NCBI RefSeq assembly: GCF_002113885.1
Contig: NW_018406776.1
Span: 215,208 to 279,207 of the forward strand
Origin: Mizuhopecten yessoensis
Lineage: Eukaryota
DNA length: 64,000 nt
Direction of reading: 5' to 3'
A program made the translations under genes and the position numbers. Below are positions 1 through 13,424 of the stretch, one piece after another (within the stretch, counting starts at the first letter, position 1; each line of letters opens with the position of its first letter). The notes under the pieces were generated by a model that worked only from the letters and a program-made list of their open reading frames with translations, had not been told where the DNA came from and made no database searches.

Positions 1-228
1 TTATAACGAACCCCTGTTGATCAGTGCAGTGTAACAGACGATATTTCTGATAGATTGCATGAGCGTTAAAATTGTTTCCATTGCCGGCATTGGTGATTTC
101 AACCGATGTGCATTTTGTACGATATTGCAGACCTTGGTCTTGTTTTCGTTGTAATAAAAGTGTTTTTTATTCTATTTTTTATTTTGCACATAAATTTACA
201 ATGACATTATCAAATCTCACAATGTCCA

Positions 229-425
229 GCGATATTTCAGCAGCCGTCATGTTTATTTACATTGGATATTGTAGTTCCGGTCAGTGTTGTAATTAATACG
301 CTAAGAATTGTATCTCGTGCGGCATGGTAATTATGTCTCGTGCGGCATGGTAATTAAAGTCCCATCAACGACACAGCTTTCAAAGAAGCTATATAGTGAC
401 AATGCCATGCAAATGTAAATATATA
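229..425 (+). mobile_element. Dispersed repeat terminus (unclassified non-autonomous element); inverted copy at about 12996-13171
   Basis: cgatatttcagcagccgtcatg...gccatgcaaatgtaaat matches the reverse complement of about 12996-13171. Both copies end at the same point, next to a TA run. This copy has an extra 23-bp tandem duplication (313-356). Confidence 0.75.
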
Positions 426-2757
426 ACAATATAGTATCATAGTGTTACACGTATATCCCTACACTCAGTATCGTTATACATAACAATACAGTATCATGGT
501 GTTACAGGTATATCTCCACACCATGTGTCGTCATACATAACAATATAATACCATCGTGTTTCAAGTATATCTCCACACCAAGTATCGTCATACATAACAA
601 TACAGTATCCTCGTGTACACGTTTGTCTCCACACCAAGTATCGTCATAAATAACAATATAGTATCATCGTATACACGTATATCTCCACACCAAGGATCGT
701 CATACATAACAATATAGCATCATCGTGTTAGACTTATATCTCCACACCAAGTATCGTCAAACATAACAATATAATATCATCATGTTACACGTATATCTCA
801 ACACCAAGTATCGTCATGCACAACAATATAGTATCATCGTGTACACGCATATGTCCACACCAAGTATCGTCATATATAACAATACAGTATCATCGTTTTA
901 CACGTATATCTCCACACCACGTATCATCATACATAACAATACAGTATCATCGTATACACGTTTATCTCCACACCAAGGATCGTCATGCATAACAATATAG
1001 TATCATCGTGTACACGCATATGTCCACACCAAGTATCGTCATACGTAACAATATAATATCATCGTGCTACACGTATATCTCCCCACCAAGTATCGTTATA
1101 CATAACAATATAATATCATCGCGTTACACGTATATCTACACACCAAATATCGTCATACATAACAATATACGTGTAACACGATGATACTATATCATTATGA
1201 ATGACGATACTTGGTGTGGAGATATACTTGAAACACGATGGTATTATATTATTATGTATGACGACACATGGTGTGGAGATATTCCTGTAACACCATGATT
1301 CTGTATTGTTATGTATAACGATACTGAGTGTAGGGACATACGTGTAACACTATGATACTATATAACAATATAGTATCATAGCGTTACACGTATATCCCTA
1401 CACCCAGTATCGTTATACATAACAATACAGTATCATGGTGTTACAGGTATATCTCCACACCATGGGTCGTCATACATAACAATATAATATCATCGTGCTA
1501 CACGTATATCTCCACACCAAGGATCGTCATGCATAACAATATAGTATCATCGTGTACACGTTTATCTCCAAACAAAGTATCGTCATACATAACAAGATAG
1601 TATTATCGTGTTACACGTATATCGTTATACATAACAATATAATATCATCGTGCTACACGTATATCTCCACACCAAGGATCGTCATACATAACAATATAGC
1701 ATCATAGTGTTACACGAATATCTCCACACCAAGTATCGTCAAACATAACAATATAATATCATCATGTTACACGTATATCTCAACACCAAGTATCGTCATG
1801 CACAACAATATAGTATCATCGTGTGACACGTGTATCTCTACACCAAGTAGCGTCATACAGAACAATATAGTATCATCATGTTACAAGTATATCTCCACAC
1901 CAAGTATCGACAGTCATAACAATATAGTATCATGGTATTACACGTATATCTCCTCACCAAGTATCGTCATACATAACTATATAGTATTATAGTGTTACAC
2001 GTATATATCCACACCAATTATCGTCATACATAACGCTATAGTATCATCGTGTTACACGTATATCTCCCCACCAAGTATCGTCATACATAACAATATAGTA
2101 TCATCGTGTTACACGAATATCTCCACACCAATTATCGTCATACATAACGATATAGTATCATCGTGTTACACGTATATCTACACACCAAGTATCGTCATAC
2201 ATAACAATATAGCATCATCGTGTTACACGTATATCTCCACACCAAGTATCGCCATGCATAACAATATAGTATCATCGTGTACACGCATATGTCCACACCA
2301 AGTATCGTCATAAATAACAATATAGTATCATCGTGTTACACGTGTATCTCTACACCAAGTATCGTCATACAGAACAATATAGTATCATCATGTTACACGT
2401 ATATCTCCACACCAAGTATCGTCATACATAACAATATAGTATTATCGTGTTACACGTATATCTCCACACCGAGTATCGTCATACATAACAATATAGTTTC
2501 ATCTTGTTACACGTATATCTCCACACCAAGTATCGTCATACATAACAATACAGTATCATCGTTTTACACGTATATCTCCACACTAAGTATCGTCATACAT
2601 AACAAGATAGTATTATCGTGTTACACGTATATCTCCACACCAAGTATCGTCATATATAACAATACAGTATCATCGTGTACACGTTTATCTCAACACCTAA
2701 TATAGTCATACATAACAATATAGTATCATCATGTTACACGTATATCTCCACACCAAG
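423..2757 (+). repeat. 57-bp tandem satellite (about 40 units) with an internal inverted segment at about 1165-1363
   Basis: Unit catacataacaatatagtatcatcgtgttacacgtatatctccacaccaagtatcgt. It produces 19-aa periodic pseudo-ORFs (YTYISTPSIVIHNNIVSSC). Confidence 0.97.
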
Positions 2758-2949
2758 TTTCTTTGTAAACAGAAAAGTTGAACAACACATCGACAGCAAG
2801 ATCAAATTACACTGATAATATCATTCCATGTCTAATTTTGTTTAGTTTTATATACTGGTAGAACATTACAAAGACATATTATTTAAACAATGAAACCTAT
2901 CATGATATAAGTTGACGTTATATATTTGAGCTATAATCTTTCCCGGAAT

Positions 2950-4562
2950 CAACATGACGAAATGAAATTCAAGGCAAGAAAATCAAGGTGCATGCTAATG
3001 AGGAAGGGACGACTGACACAACAGTTCAAGCTGAAAGTATGAGGAGAAGAGATCCCATCAATTGCGGACAACCCAATCAAATGTCTAGGAAAGTGGTTTG
3101 ATACATCACTGAAAGATACCAGCAACATCAGCAGCATGCAGAAGCAGGCAATTGAGTGGATGAGGAAGATTGACAAGTCAGGCCTGCCAGGAAAGTTCAA
3201 GGCATGGATCTTCCAACATGGACTGCTGCCGAGACTCATGTGGCCCCTGATGCTATATGAGGTCCCTTTGACAACAGTGGAAGGACTGGAAAGATCCATC
3301 AGCAGCTACCTGCGGATGTGGCTTGGAGTCCCGCCCAGTTTCTCCAGCATGGGGCTCTACAGCCGGACATCATCACTGCAACTACCACTGTCATCGTTGG
3401 TGGAGGAGTTCAAGGTAACAAAGGCCAGACTAGTGATGACGCTGCGAGATTCAAAGGACGTGAAGATAAGAAATGCAGGAATCCAGACTAGGACAGGAAG
3501 GAAATGGTCTGCAAGCCAGTCTGAAGAGCAGGCCGAGGGCGCTCTCAATCACCGGGACATCGTCAGACGTGGGAAGGATCAGATGATAAGGAGAAAAGAT
3601 CTCTGGTACAGGGAGAAATCTGCAGAGAAGAAGAAGGGACCAGGAAAGCAAGGGCAGTGGAAAAGGGCTCTCAAGGAGCATGGACGAAATGGAAGCTGCC
3701 GGAGCGAAAACTTACATGGACAGACCTGTGGCACTATGAACCATTGAGGATCCAGTTCCTGTTGCGGTCAGTATATAACACTTTGCCATCGCCAGCGAAC
3801 CTTCATCTGTGGGGACTAGTCGAAGAGCCAAAGTGTCAGCTATGTCACGTGGGACCATGGGCCATATCCTTTCGACATGCAAGACAGCGCTAACACAGGG
3901 ACGATACCGGCGGAGACATGACCAGGTGCTTCGGGAATTGGCAGATGTTCTCGAGGTGGAAAGGAAGAAGAAGACACCACCTAGTAAGCACAAACCATCC
4001 TTCATCCGGTTTGTAAAAGCAGGGGAGAAGGAGACGAAAGCAACATTAGGCAACACTGGCATTCTGGAAGGGGCAGAGACATGGGAGATGAGAGTTGACC
4101 TGGGGAAGAAATTGGTGTTTCCGGACGTCGTACAGACAACGCTACGTCTGGATGTGGTGATATGGTCTGCCGAATCCAGGCAGATTATAGTCATCGAGCT
4201 GACTGTGCCCTCGGAGGAGCGGTGCGACCAGGCCAATGAGAGAAAGAGAGCCAAGTATACGGAGCTCATGGAACAATGTAGGGAGCGAGGGTGGCGTACT
4301 TGGCTGTTTTCTGTGGAGGTCGGATGCAGAGGGTTCCCGGCACGCTCAGCCTTGAAGACATTTCAGGCTGTGGGATTAGTTGGAAAGACACGCAAGACGG
4401 CGGTGCGCAGGCTAGCAGAGGCTGCCGAGCGCGCATCATGCTGGTTGTGGAACAGACGGGAGGAGAAAGACTGGAAGCCGCCACTGTCGACCCACCATCA
4501 CGAGAACGTTCCGGGACAAGGGTTGAAACGTCTAGAGACTGATGGACCCGGCAGATGATGTC
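2950..4562 (+). mobile_element. 5'-truncated, frameshifted non-LTR retrotransposon with restriction-like endonuclease (R2 group, Hero-like)
   Basis: RT C-terminus/thumb MKFKARKSR...IKCLGKWFD and IDKSGLPGKFKAWIFQHGLLPRLMWPL. CCHC knuckle CQLC/GTMGHILSTC split by a frameshift. RHDQVL and the RLE motif RLDVVIW...IELTVP...ERKRAKY...VEVGCRGF. In-frame stop near 3038. GC-richer than its flanks. Confidence 0.9.
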
Positions 4563-6054
4563 AATGGATTCGCAGTATTTCACCAACTGTATAGGTACAT
4601 ACCAAATGAGGAGCAGAAATAATTCTCTAGATTTTGTGTGTTCATAGAAAAAAAAATGTAAACTCAAAATTGGTTTCAATCAATACAAATTCCAACTTTT
4701 TAGTTAGGTAATTGTCTAACAAGAAGGACAAATTTGTTGAATAGTCGTCAATCGCCTTCATATTCAGTGTGTCCTCACGATACTTGCGACAATTATACCA
4801 AATCTTTTTTTCTCTCGAAAATTTGTAAAGCGGAATGTTATCTGTCTTTACTAAATTATTACATATAAAGCACATAAATGACGCTACGGGTTTGCCGTGT
4901 TTCTGCACGTATTTCATTCACAGCAGATTCGTTACTAGTTAATTCTGTTTTGCAAATCTAGGAATCTTTAAAAAAAAAACTGCCTGATTCATACAAATGT
5001 GTTTTGGTTCCACTGTTCGGTTATTAACTTAACAATGAATAAATGACTTAAACAAGTTACATGCAATAGTAAGAGCAAAGCAATTATATAAATAGAACTA
5101 TTTTCAGCACCGGTATTAGCAGTAGCACTTGGACACACAGGCGCTGAGTCAGTTCTCCAGTTTGCTTTAGGGAAATGACAGATTGCATTAAGTGAGTTAT
5201 AATAACATTAGACACTCATTTTATTCGTCTATGCATTAGACGCACCATTGTTCATTATGCAAGGTCATCGTATTAAATTACACTGTAGCGCCCTTTTCGA
5301 TTTGTCAACAAAATCTCTCCAAATTAACACGTAATGGAATAACGGGTACTCAAGGATATCCTTTAATAAATTGTAACTTATTTCAGCATATATATTTAGG
5401 GCGGCCAAATTGAATAAACAATATGTATCACGGGTGAATAAAATAGATATCGACACGAATAATCAACACCGAATGTACAGGAAACACTAAATGAAAAGGG
5501 AAGACATTCAAAATGTCTCTTGAAATCGGAGATAAAACGGAAACTCCAGGAGATCATCAGATGTAACACGTGTCATATTTTATTTGCCAAATCTATGATA
5601 ATGTCACCGTGTAAAGCCTTGGAAGTAAGGTTCAGCCATAACATTTCTTCAATGTAGATTTAATCCTTCGCGGTAGGAAATTCTACATTAGTACGTAGTT
5701 TATTTGTCGGCATGATGTATACATTTATATTCAAAGAGTCTTGAAAGTTAAAAGGATTTAAATAAAATATGATCTGTAAACTCTATTTTGAGGAAATAAC
5801 ATTGTTTGTTATAGATATGAAATTTTACCGAAAGATGGAACATCGTGAACATTTATTGCCACATACATAGTATCGATTCATGAGATAATAGGCATGTATT
5901 GTCATTTATATGATCAAATGAAACCGCGTCTTTAATTGTTGATGTGTTTACTTACACAACGTAACATTTCGACTATAATTAAGTCATATCAATATCAAAT
6001 GGCGTTGTGGATTTATTTCGATGTCAAACGTTATTGTCATACATATATATATAT

Positions 6055-6270
6055 ATATTGTATAAAGAAAAATTCTTAACAACGAGTCTTTAGTACTTTC
6101 ATCTCTTCTAGGAGATTCTTCAGACTGTTTATTTGAAGTATAAATGATAATACTTCAAATAAACAGTCTGAAGAATCTCCTAGAAGAGATGAAAGTACTA
6201 AAGACTCGTTGTTAAGAATTTTTCTTTATACAATATTTATTCGTCCGTAATGATCATTTTTCTGATTTAT
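6055..6270. mobile_element. Perfect 87-bp inverted repeat (6055-6141 / 6150-6236, 8-nt loop), probably an inverted Penelope-like pseudo-LTR remnant in a (TA)n site
   Basis: The arms are exact reverse complements, flanked by TA runs. Each arm contains AATAAAC followed by CTGAAGA-ATCTC-loop-GAGAT-GAAA. Confidence 0.7.
6162..6210 (+). ncRNA. Minimal type I hammerhead-ribozyme-like motif (identical copy on the - strand at 6081-6129)
   Basis: CUGAAGA 6168-6174; stem II AUCUC/GAGAU; GAAA 6191-6194; palindromic AGUACU then A6200. Stem I (aacagt/act-c-gtt) is offset by 3 nt, so the motif is non-canonical. Confidence 0.55.
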
Positions 6271-6304
6271 AATATATATATAGATATATATATTAATATA
6301 TATT

Positions 6305-8952
6305 AACCGTGTGGATATTAATAGAAACACCCCAATAGGATCGGGAGGTGTGGCTGTTTTAGTGAATTATACGTTATATAATTCACTTGAAATTAAGATT
6401 ATTGACAAATTATATGACGGTATGTATCACATGATGGATTAAAACAATGTATTACCTTTAAGATTATACCGTGTCACGATTTCTTGGCAGAAAATTACTT
6501 ACAGCCCTTGCTTGGAGAAAGGTATAAAATACCAGATCACAGTGTGTTGTCATGTCAATTTAGTATGCCCAAACGATATTCGATAAGACTTTAAGGAAAG
6601 AGGACTCTACAAACAAACATTAGCGCTGGATATCGATTTAGCGTGTACTAATAATCCGAAACAGTTCTGGAACAGCCTTAAAAGGAAGTAATGCCTCAGT
6701 GGAAAGACGAATTTTCAGGATTATTAAACAAAAATCCGAATTCAGACGAAGTCAGTGATGTATTTTATGACGATGTGATACGACAAAAACAGTTTTCAGA
6801 AGAGGACATGTTGGACCCTTTATACGACTCCAATACCACGTTAAACCAGGTAATACAAATCGACGAAATCGAAAAGGTGATAAACCACGCGTAAACGGGA
6901 AAATCGCCGGGGTATGATCGAGTTCCATTGGAGGTCTTGAAGTTTTCCGCCATGACCACTGTTTTACACAATTTGTTCCAACTGTGTTTTGACTCTGGTT
7001 ACATCCCATCAATTCGGAGAAAAGCAATCATATGTCTAATTCCTAAAGATAAATCGTTAGATCCGCGGGTACCACTAAACTTCCGAGGGATAAGCCTACT
7101 CTCTGTCGTTTCTACGTTATACACTGCGTTCATCAAGTACAGGATTGTGCCATACTTAGATGAAAATGACTTGCTCGCTGACGAACAAAATGGATTTTGT
7201 AAAAATAGATCGAGTCTCGACCACGTGCATACTCTCAATTCAATCGTCTCTACTAAACCTACAACATTTGTAACATTTGTGGATCTACAAAAGGCATTTG
7301 ACTGTGTTGACAGAGATCTACTAATGTATAAACTTATCACAAATGGAACAAATGGGAAAATGTACAACTTTATTAAAACATTATATACGGATACGGAGGT
7401 GTGTGTACGACTCGGAAACTCATTAACTGATTGGTTCTCCAGTGATATCGGGGTAAAACAAGGCGATTATTTATCTCCGACAATGTTTGCTTTATTTATT
7501 AATGACTTGGCCGTCGAAATCTACCAGCTTGGTAAGAGCATGTTTATTGGAAATGATAAGGTAAATATTTTACTGTATGCAGACGATATATCACTCCTTG
7601 CTGAAAATGAAACTGATATGCAATGTGTGCTTGATCATTTGGATAACTGGTGTTTAAAATGGAGGCTTCGTGTGAATCCGGGAAAATCCAAAGTGATACA
7701 TTTTAGAAACAATCGTAGGGCGCGAAGTACTTTTAACTTTAAAATTGGAGAACATGCATTGGAATACTCAAGTTCGTACAAATATTTGGGTGTGATTTTC
7801 AACGAATTTAATAGTTTTCCACAGCTGAACTGTTAGCGAAAGTGGGCGGAGGAGCATTAGGTGGTGTTATATCGAAGGTGCATCATAATAAATCCATTGG
7901 TTTTAAAACGTTTGAAAAGTGATATTCTTCCTTTGTTGAACCAGTATTGGGTTATTATTCTGGAGTTTGGGGATATCGACCGCATCCTTGTATCGACACC
8001 ATCCAAAATCGCGCGATTAGATACTTTCTTGGCGTCCATAGGTTTACACCAAATTTGGCCGTAAATGGAGAAACTGGATGGCTTATCAGACAACACGGGA
8101 GATGGCTTAACATTATACGTCTATGGAAAAGACTCATACGAATGGACGATTCTCTGGTATGCAAAAAAAGTGTTTATTTGGGATAAACGTTCAAATAAGG
8201 AAAATGTATGGTGCCGCGACGTGCAGCGAGTGCTAGAATATGTAAATATGGAATACTGCTTTGACAATCTTCAACATTGTAACATTGAGGACGTAAAACG
8301 TGCACAAATCAAGATGAGTGATCAGATAAAGTAAAATTTGTACCAAAACTAAGGACTTTATATTAATTAAAACCTCTTACCATGTAGAGAACTCTGTGTC
8401 AATAAACCTTGCAAAATCCGAGAGATCAATCATGGCACAATTAAGGTGTGGTGTACTCCCATTGCGAGTTGAGACTGGGCGGTATACAAATGAACCTGTA
8501 AATGACCGTGTATGTACTTTGTGCAACTCTGGAGCGTTGGAGGACGAAACACATTTTCTGTTAAACTGTTCAGTTTATGATAATGAAAGAAATGACCCAC
8601 TTCTTAACACTGGTATAACCTTTCAACATCAATCAACATCGAACTGTTTAAAATATTAGTAAATGACTCTCCCAGGCAAACAGCAAAATATTTGTCGAAA
8701 ATATTTGATAAAAGAAAAAATGTATTATTTCGAAAAAAGTAATATTTTGTCTCATTCTACAAGTATATATATAATTTAATTGTTCTTTAACCAATGACGC
8801 AAATGATATTTTGAAGGTCAATTTAAGTTAAAGTGACCTATAGACCATTTGGGTCGGGTGCTAAAATAATATGTGAAACATTGTAAACGTATGTAATTTT
8901 GATGTATGCACATGTCACTATAATAAAAGATATTGTATTGTATTGTATTGTA
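6305..8952 (+). mobile_element. Degenerate CR1/L2-group LINE (APE remnant, RT, C-terminal Cys/His domain, (ATTGT)n tail)
   Basis: GSGGVAVLV remnant near 6338. RT motifs in 6928-7836. QLRCGVLPLRVETGRY...CTLC...EDETHFLLNC at 8396-8659. AATAAA plus attgt repeats at 8922-8952. Multiple frameshifts. Confidence 0.9.
6928..7836 (+). pseudogene. LINE reverse transcriptase domain
   Basis: NFRGISLLSV, EQNGF, FVDLQKAFDCVDR, GVKQGDYLSPTMF, LLYADD, YKYLGV. Confidence 0.92.
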
Positions 8953-11900
8953 TATCACAAAACAAATCACAACATTCTTGATAACTCTGGAAGTGTCGGA
9001 GACCAAGCACTGCTTTGTTGTTGCTGTCTACCTAGCGTATATTGCCTACTAATGTGACGGTGCTGTGTAACAACACGCTCTCTGTAGATGCTCGTGAATG
9101 TATAGGTAACGAGAACGGCAAATCCGTGACTCAACATTTAAAAGCTTAATCAGGGTTTCGTTACTTGATGATTGTGAAGCTGTTAAACGTGTTCATTCAC
9201 TTAAACCGCCAATTCAGACTCATCCGAACTAATGACATAAAACTAATGATACAGAAAATGGGTAAAACGTCGTCCTTTGACTTGTACGCTTTTAGTACAC
9301 CATATATAGCAATTATAGTGCAACGGAAACTAAGATCGAGTACACTATATTAAACTTTAATAACTAAAAGTTCAGTGGAAACTGAGTAAGGAACATACAG
9401 GTAAATACATTATATACATGTAGTGCAGCAGTGATTTTGAAAAAGTTCACTATTTCACTTATTAATAATCAATGCCGTAGCGATCGAAATAAAGATTTAC
9501 GGGACAACCCTTCAAACTTCAGTTTCTTGCTGAGATATGTTCCTGAATGCTAGATAATAACCATAACACCCTACAAAGTGTTTTGGCAAGTTTGAAAAAA
9601 AGATGATTTTATTGGGAATGTTGGGTTTTTTCAAAAGAAAGGAAATTTACTGCATTGCATCTCCCCTGAACTATGATAGATTTAATTTCCTGGGTATGGA
9701 TTTCATTTTTGATACATATGCATAACATTTCTATACAAACAAAAAGTAAATAAAAATAATGTTTTGCACTACAAATCTTCGCCTTGCTCCGTTTTTCATT
9801 ATCAAAATACATGTATAAATAGATGAATCGGCTAGAGTTTATGAATATGCAGACCAATTTTGTTCACGCACGAACAGTATACCTGCAAAAAAAACACTGT
9901 CGCCTGATTCCGACGATATTCTGATGGAGCTGTCGGACGGCAGCAGGAAGGGTTTAGTTATTATGAGATGTCTCAGTGTATTTGTATTTTTTATCCATGG
10001 TTCATATGATGTAGGAATGCAGTACATTCCAATATTGTCTGACATAGATATACATATATATCAGACTAAGTCTACTTTAGAATGACTACTTCCTGTCCCA
10101 AACCACTTTACTTAGGCCCATTTTGTTGCCGCTACAATGTACATCTTGTGTTTTCTGTTGAGCCATTATTTTCCTACACTTTGGGCATGTCTCTAAACAT
10201 ATCCATTTGTTTCACTCTAGGGGTCATCAACCCTTAATAAGAGCAGTACTGAGACATAGGCCACCACATATACCAAACACAACTTTAATACACAACGGCC
10301 TTGAATGACGTAACAAAACAAGGAGACAATACTTTTTTTAAAGACAGATAATATACTTTATATACAGTAACCAGGGTACACTTTAAAAAAGGTTGCCATG
10401 GTAAGATAGCATTCACTGTTGATCCGTTCTGTTGCATTTGTCTGTATAATTTAAAGGATTCATATATTTTCATAAGTGAAATTTTTGGAGTTTTGGATTT
10501 GTATGAATAATATGCTCGAACATGAATCATGATTGGTTAAATATAAACACCTATAGATACAACAGACTTCATTTCCAACCTGGAAACTGTTAGCATTTAT
10601 TCATATATGTGACGCAATCTTGTCGTTGGAAGTCGACATTTTGTTCACCAAAGTGTTATTTGAGTGATCTGAACATTAAACAGGCAATTTAGTTAAGTGC
10701 ATATCGTCATGAGATAATAACTGATATAGGCCAAGTAAATTGGTCACAGCAAAACCAGTGTTCGAGTGCAGCTACTTGGTGCATCCGTCGTTTAATATGG
10801 TTACGACGTTGACTTGTTGCTAGAAAGACATTCTTTCAACGCTGAAGATCAATTACGTTGTTTTTGTGTGTATTGATGTAACAGAATTGCACAAGACTTA
10901 GCTGCGCGACCAGACAGTTTCTCTTTCAAGTTTCTGTGGATTCCACTGTTTAAATTGTATAGTATGTCTACGAAATGACACTGCCATTCATTGACCCGTA
11001 ACCACAGGAGACCACAACTCGACAAGGCCAACGGAAGTCTAACATGTGTGTAATTTCAACCTTTTAAATTAAATGTAGAACGCACTGTGATAATTTAATC
11101 AAGCAAAATTCACCTAAATCCGATTTTTAGCAGAAACAGTAGTATGGTTGCACGTCACCTTTGAGATAATTAACTTGTACAAGCAAACTGAGAATATTTT
11201 TTAGATTACCCCGTGTTTACTTAAGACAGTCAAACTCCCTCGGGTCTCGTGTCTGTCAGACACAGCTGGCGAGTCCACCTTTTCTCACACGCTATCTAGG
11301 TCGCCGGTCACTATCGATATTTCCACAAAGGTGACATGTACGCTATTCGAGCAAGCAGATTGATACCTTGCATGTGTTCACCAGTTTGAAAAGATATTTC
11401 ATCATTGATAGACAGGAAACATAGCGAATAAACGTCTTCCTGCAATTGGTTATTTATGTGACATACACGAATTACCAGTAATTTTTATGAATGTAAAAGA
11501 AAACAAAACATGGCAACGATTCCTTAATTATTGGTTATCCACTCTTTAGGGGGCTTTATTGTGCTGGGTGTGTCGCTTCGAAAGATTTTATTTTCTAGTC
11601 AGGCTGCACAAATAGGTCGTTCAGACTAATTACCCTTTGCGTTGTCAAAGGATAAGCCAACCTCTCAGGATCGCCTTAATGTATTGAAAATCGGTCTTTA
11701 GAACACGAATGTAATCATTCATGAACAAAATACGATAAAACTTGATAACATATTTTAAAGGTAAAGTAATTGGTATTATCTAGGTTGGCAATAGTTGAGT
11801 CGAAATGGTGCATTGCATTGGGTGACAATGATTGAAGTTTAATTACAATGCATGTTCTCAATTCTCTCAACCCAATATCAATCATTTATCCTATAATACT

Positions 11901-12679
11901 CTAACACAAAACGGAGGTTCAACCGTTTCCCGGTAGGGACATACAAATATTAAATGATTTTTACAACCAAATCCAAATATTTGTATCATTTGAATCAATA
12001 GTGTATGCATTGGTGAGAAACATACGACATTATTACAGATGATCTATTTGGTTTCCGTCCCGGTCTAAGTACGGTTAATGATATCTTTGTACTACATGCC
12101 ATAATTACAAAGTCTTTAAATTTTAATAAGCTTCTGTATTGTTGTTTCGTAGATTTTATAAAGACTTTTGATACTTTCAACAGGTATAAATTATGGTACA
12201 AATTATCTCAATTCGGTATTAGAGGGAAACTACTGACAACTATCAAATCAATATATAGCAAGCAAAATCATGAGTTATGATTAATGGAAGATGTTCAGAT
12301 TTTTTCACATATGCCTCGCCAAAGGGGAAATTATGTCACAGATAATGTTTTCTTGTTATGTTAACGACTTTGAAACTACTTTATTTTGAATAAAGTGAAG
12401 GTTTTTTAATATGGTTACATGTAATTGAATTAATCCTTACGATGTACATGTATGCCGTTGATTTTGTCTTACATGTATTAACGGAGTCTGCAAGCGACTT
12501 ACAAAACATGTTGGATAATTTATGTACTTATGATCAATCCTGGACCCTTACTGTAAATGTGGAAATAACGAAAATAATAGTTTTTCGGAAAAATGGAAGA
12601 ATACACAAAGATGACGTATGGTTCTATAATGGTCAGAAATTGAAAGTAGTAAACCAATTTACATAATTGGGAGTTGTGT

Positions 12680-12870
12680 GTAGTGACCGAAGGGTTGCAC
12701 GTCACGGCGCTGTGTTGTATCAACAAGATACTTTACTCCACCTGTCCCAGTCTACTCAGCTGTAAATGAGTACGGGCAGTGCTAGAATTGTTGAATACTA
12801 GCTGTGAGCGCCGAAATGACCGGTTGTATGCTCCCCAGTAGAGTAGAGAAAGATATTTGCAGCGGAAGTC
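12680..12870 (+). mobile_element. Probable tRNA-derived SINE fragment (CORE/Meta-like central domain) interrupting the LINE
   Basis: caagatacttta...cccagtctactcagctgtaaatgagtac and gtatgctcccca resemble conserved metazoan SINE core motifs. The LINE frame breaks on both sides. Confidence 0.5.
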
Positions 12871-12995
12871 CAGGGTGCCAGTAAAGGAATAGATATTGAA
12901 AAGGCACTTCTCAAATGCTGTAAAAGGATATTACATGTTAAAAAGTCAACATGCAAATGCAAAGGTCTGTTTTGAACTAGGAAGATTCCCGTTTA

Positions 12996-13171
12996 TACAT
13001 ATATATTTACATTTGCATGGCATTGGCACTATATAGCCACTTTGAAAGCTGTTTCGTTGATGGGACTTTAATTACCATGCATCACGAGACACAATTCTAA
13101 GCGTATTAATACAACACTGACCGGAACTACAATATCCAATATAAATAAACATGACGGCTGCTGAAATATCG
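12996..13171 (-). mobile_element. Second copy of the 229-425 dispersed repeat, inserted in the LINE
   Basis: Reverse-complement match to 229-425, without the 23-bp duplication. Confidence 0.75.
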
Positions 13172-13285
13172 GGCTGTTCCGCCAATGTCGTTTAAAGGAC
13201 GACGCATATACAACATGCAGTTAATAATTAACTATTTAAGAACAAATATATAAAAGTAAACAATTGTTCTATAATGAAGATGTAA

Positions 13286-13424
13286 ATATATGGATTAAAC
13301 GGCATTCTTTTGTTGTTGTTGTTACATCCATATTAAAAATGAATGGATGTAATGCGATATTGATGTAACCGATTTGCGTTCATACCGGCATGAAAATTAC
13401 AAAAATGCCGTTCAATCCATATAT
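13286..13424. mobile_element. Small MITE-like element with about 21-bp TIRs
   Basis: atatatggattaaacggcatt (13286-13306) pairs with aatgccgttcaatccatatat (13404-13424), 1 mismatch. Internal hairpin ttacatccat/atggatgtaa. Confidence 0.6.

Noticed and set aside
423-2757. Regular repeats suggestive of a CRISPR array (also 61690-62841)
   Set aside because: The units are contiguous with no unique spacers, there are no cas genes, and the context is eukaryotic.
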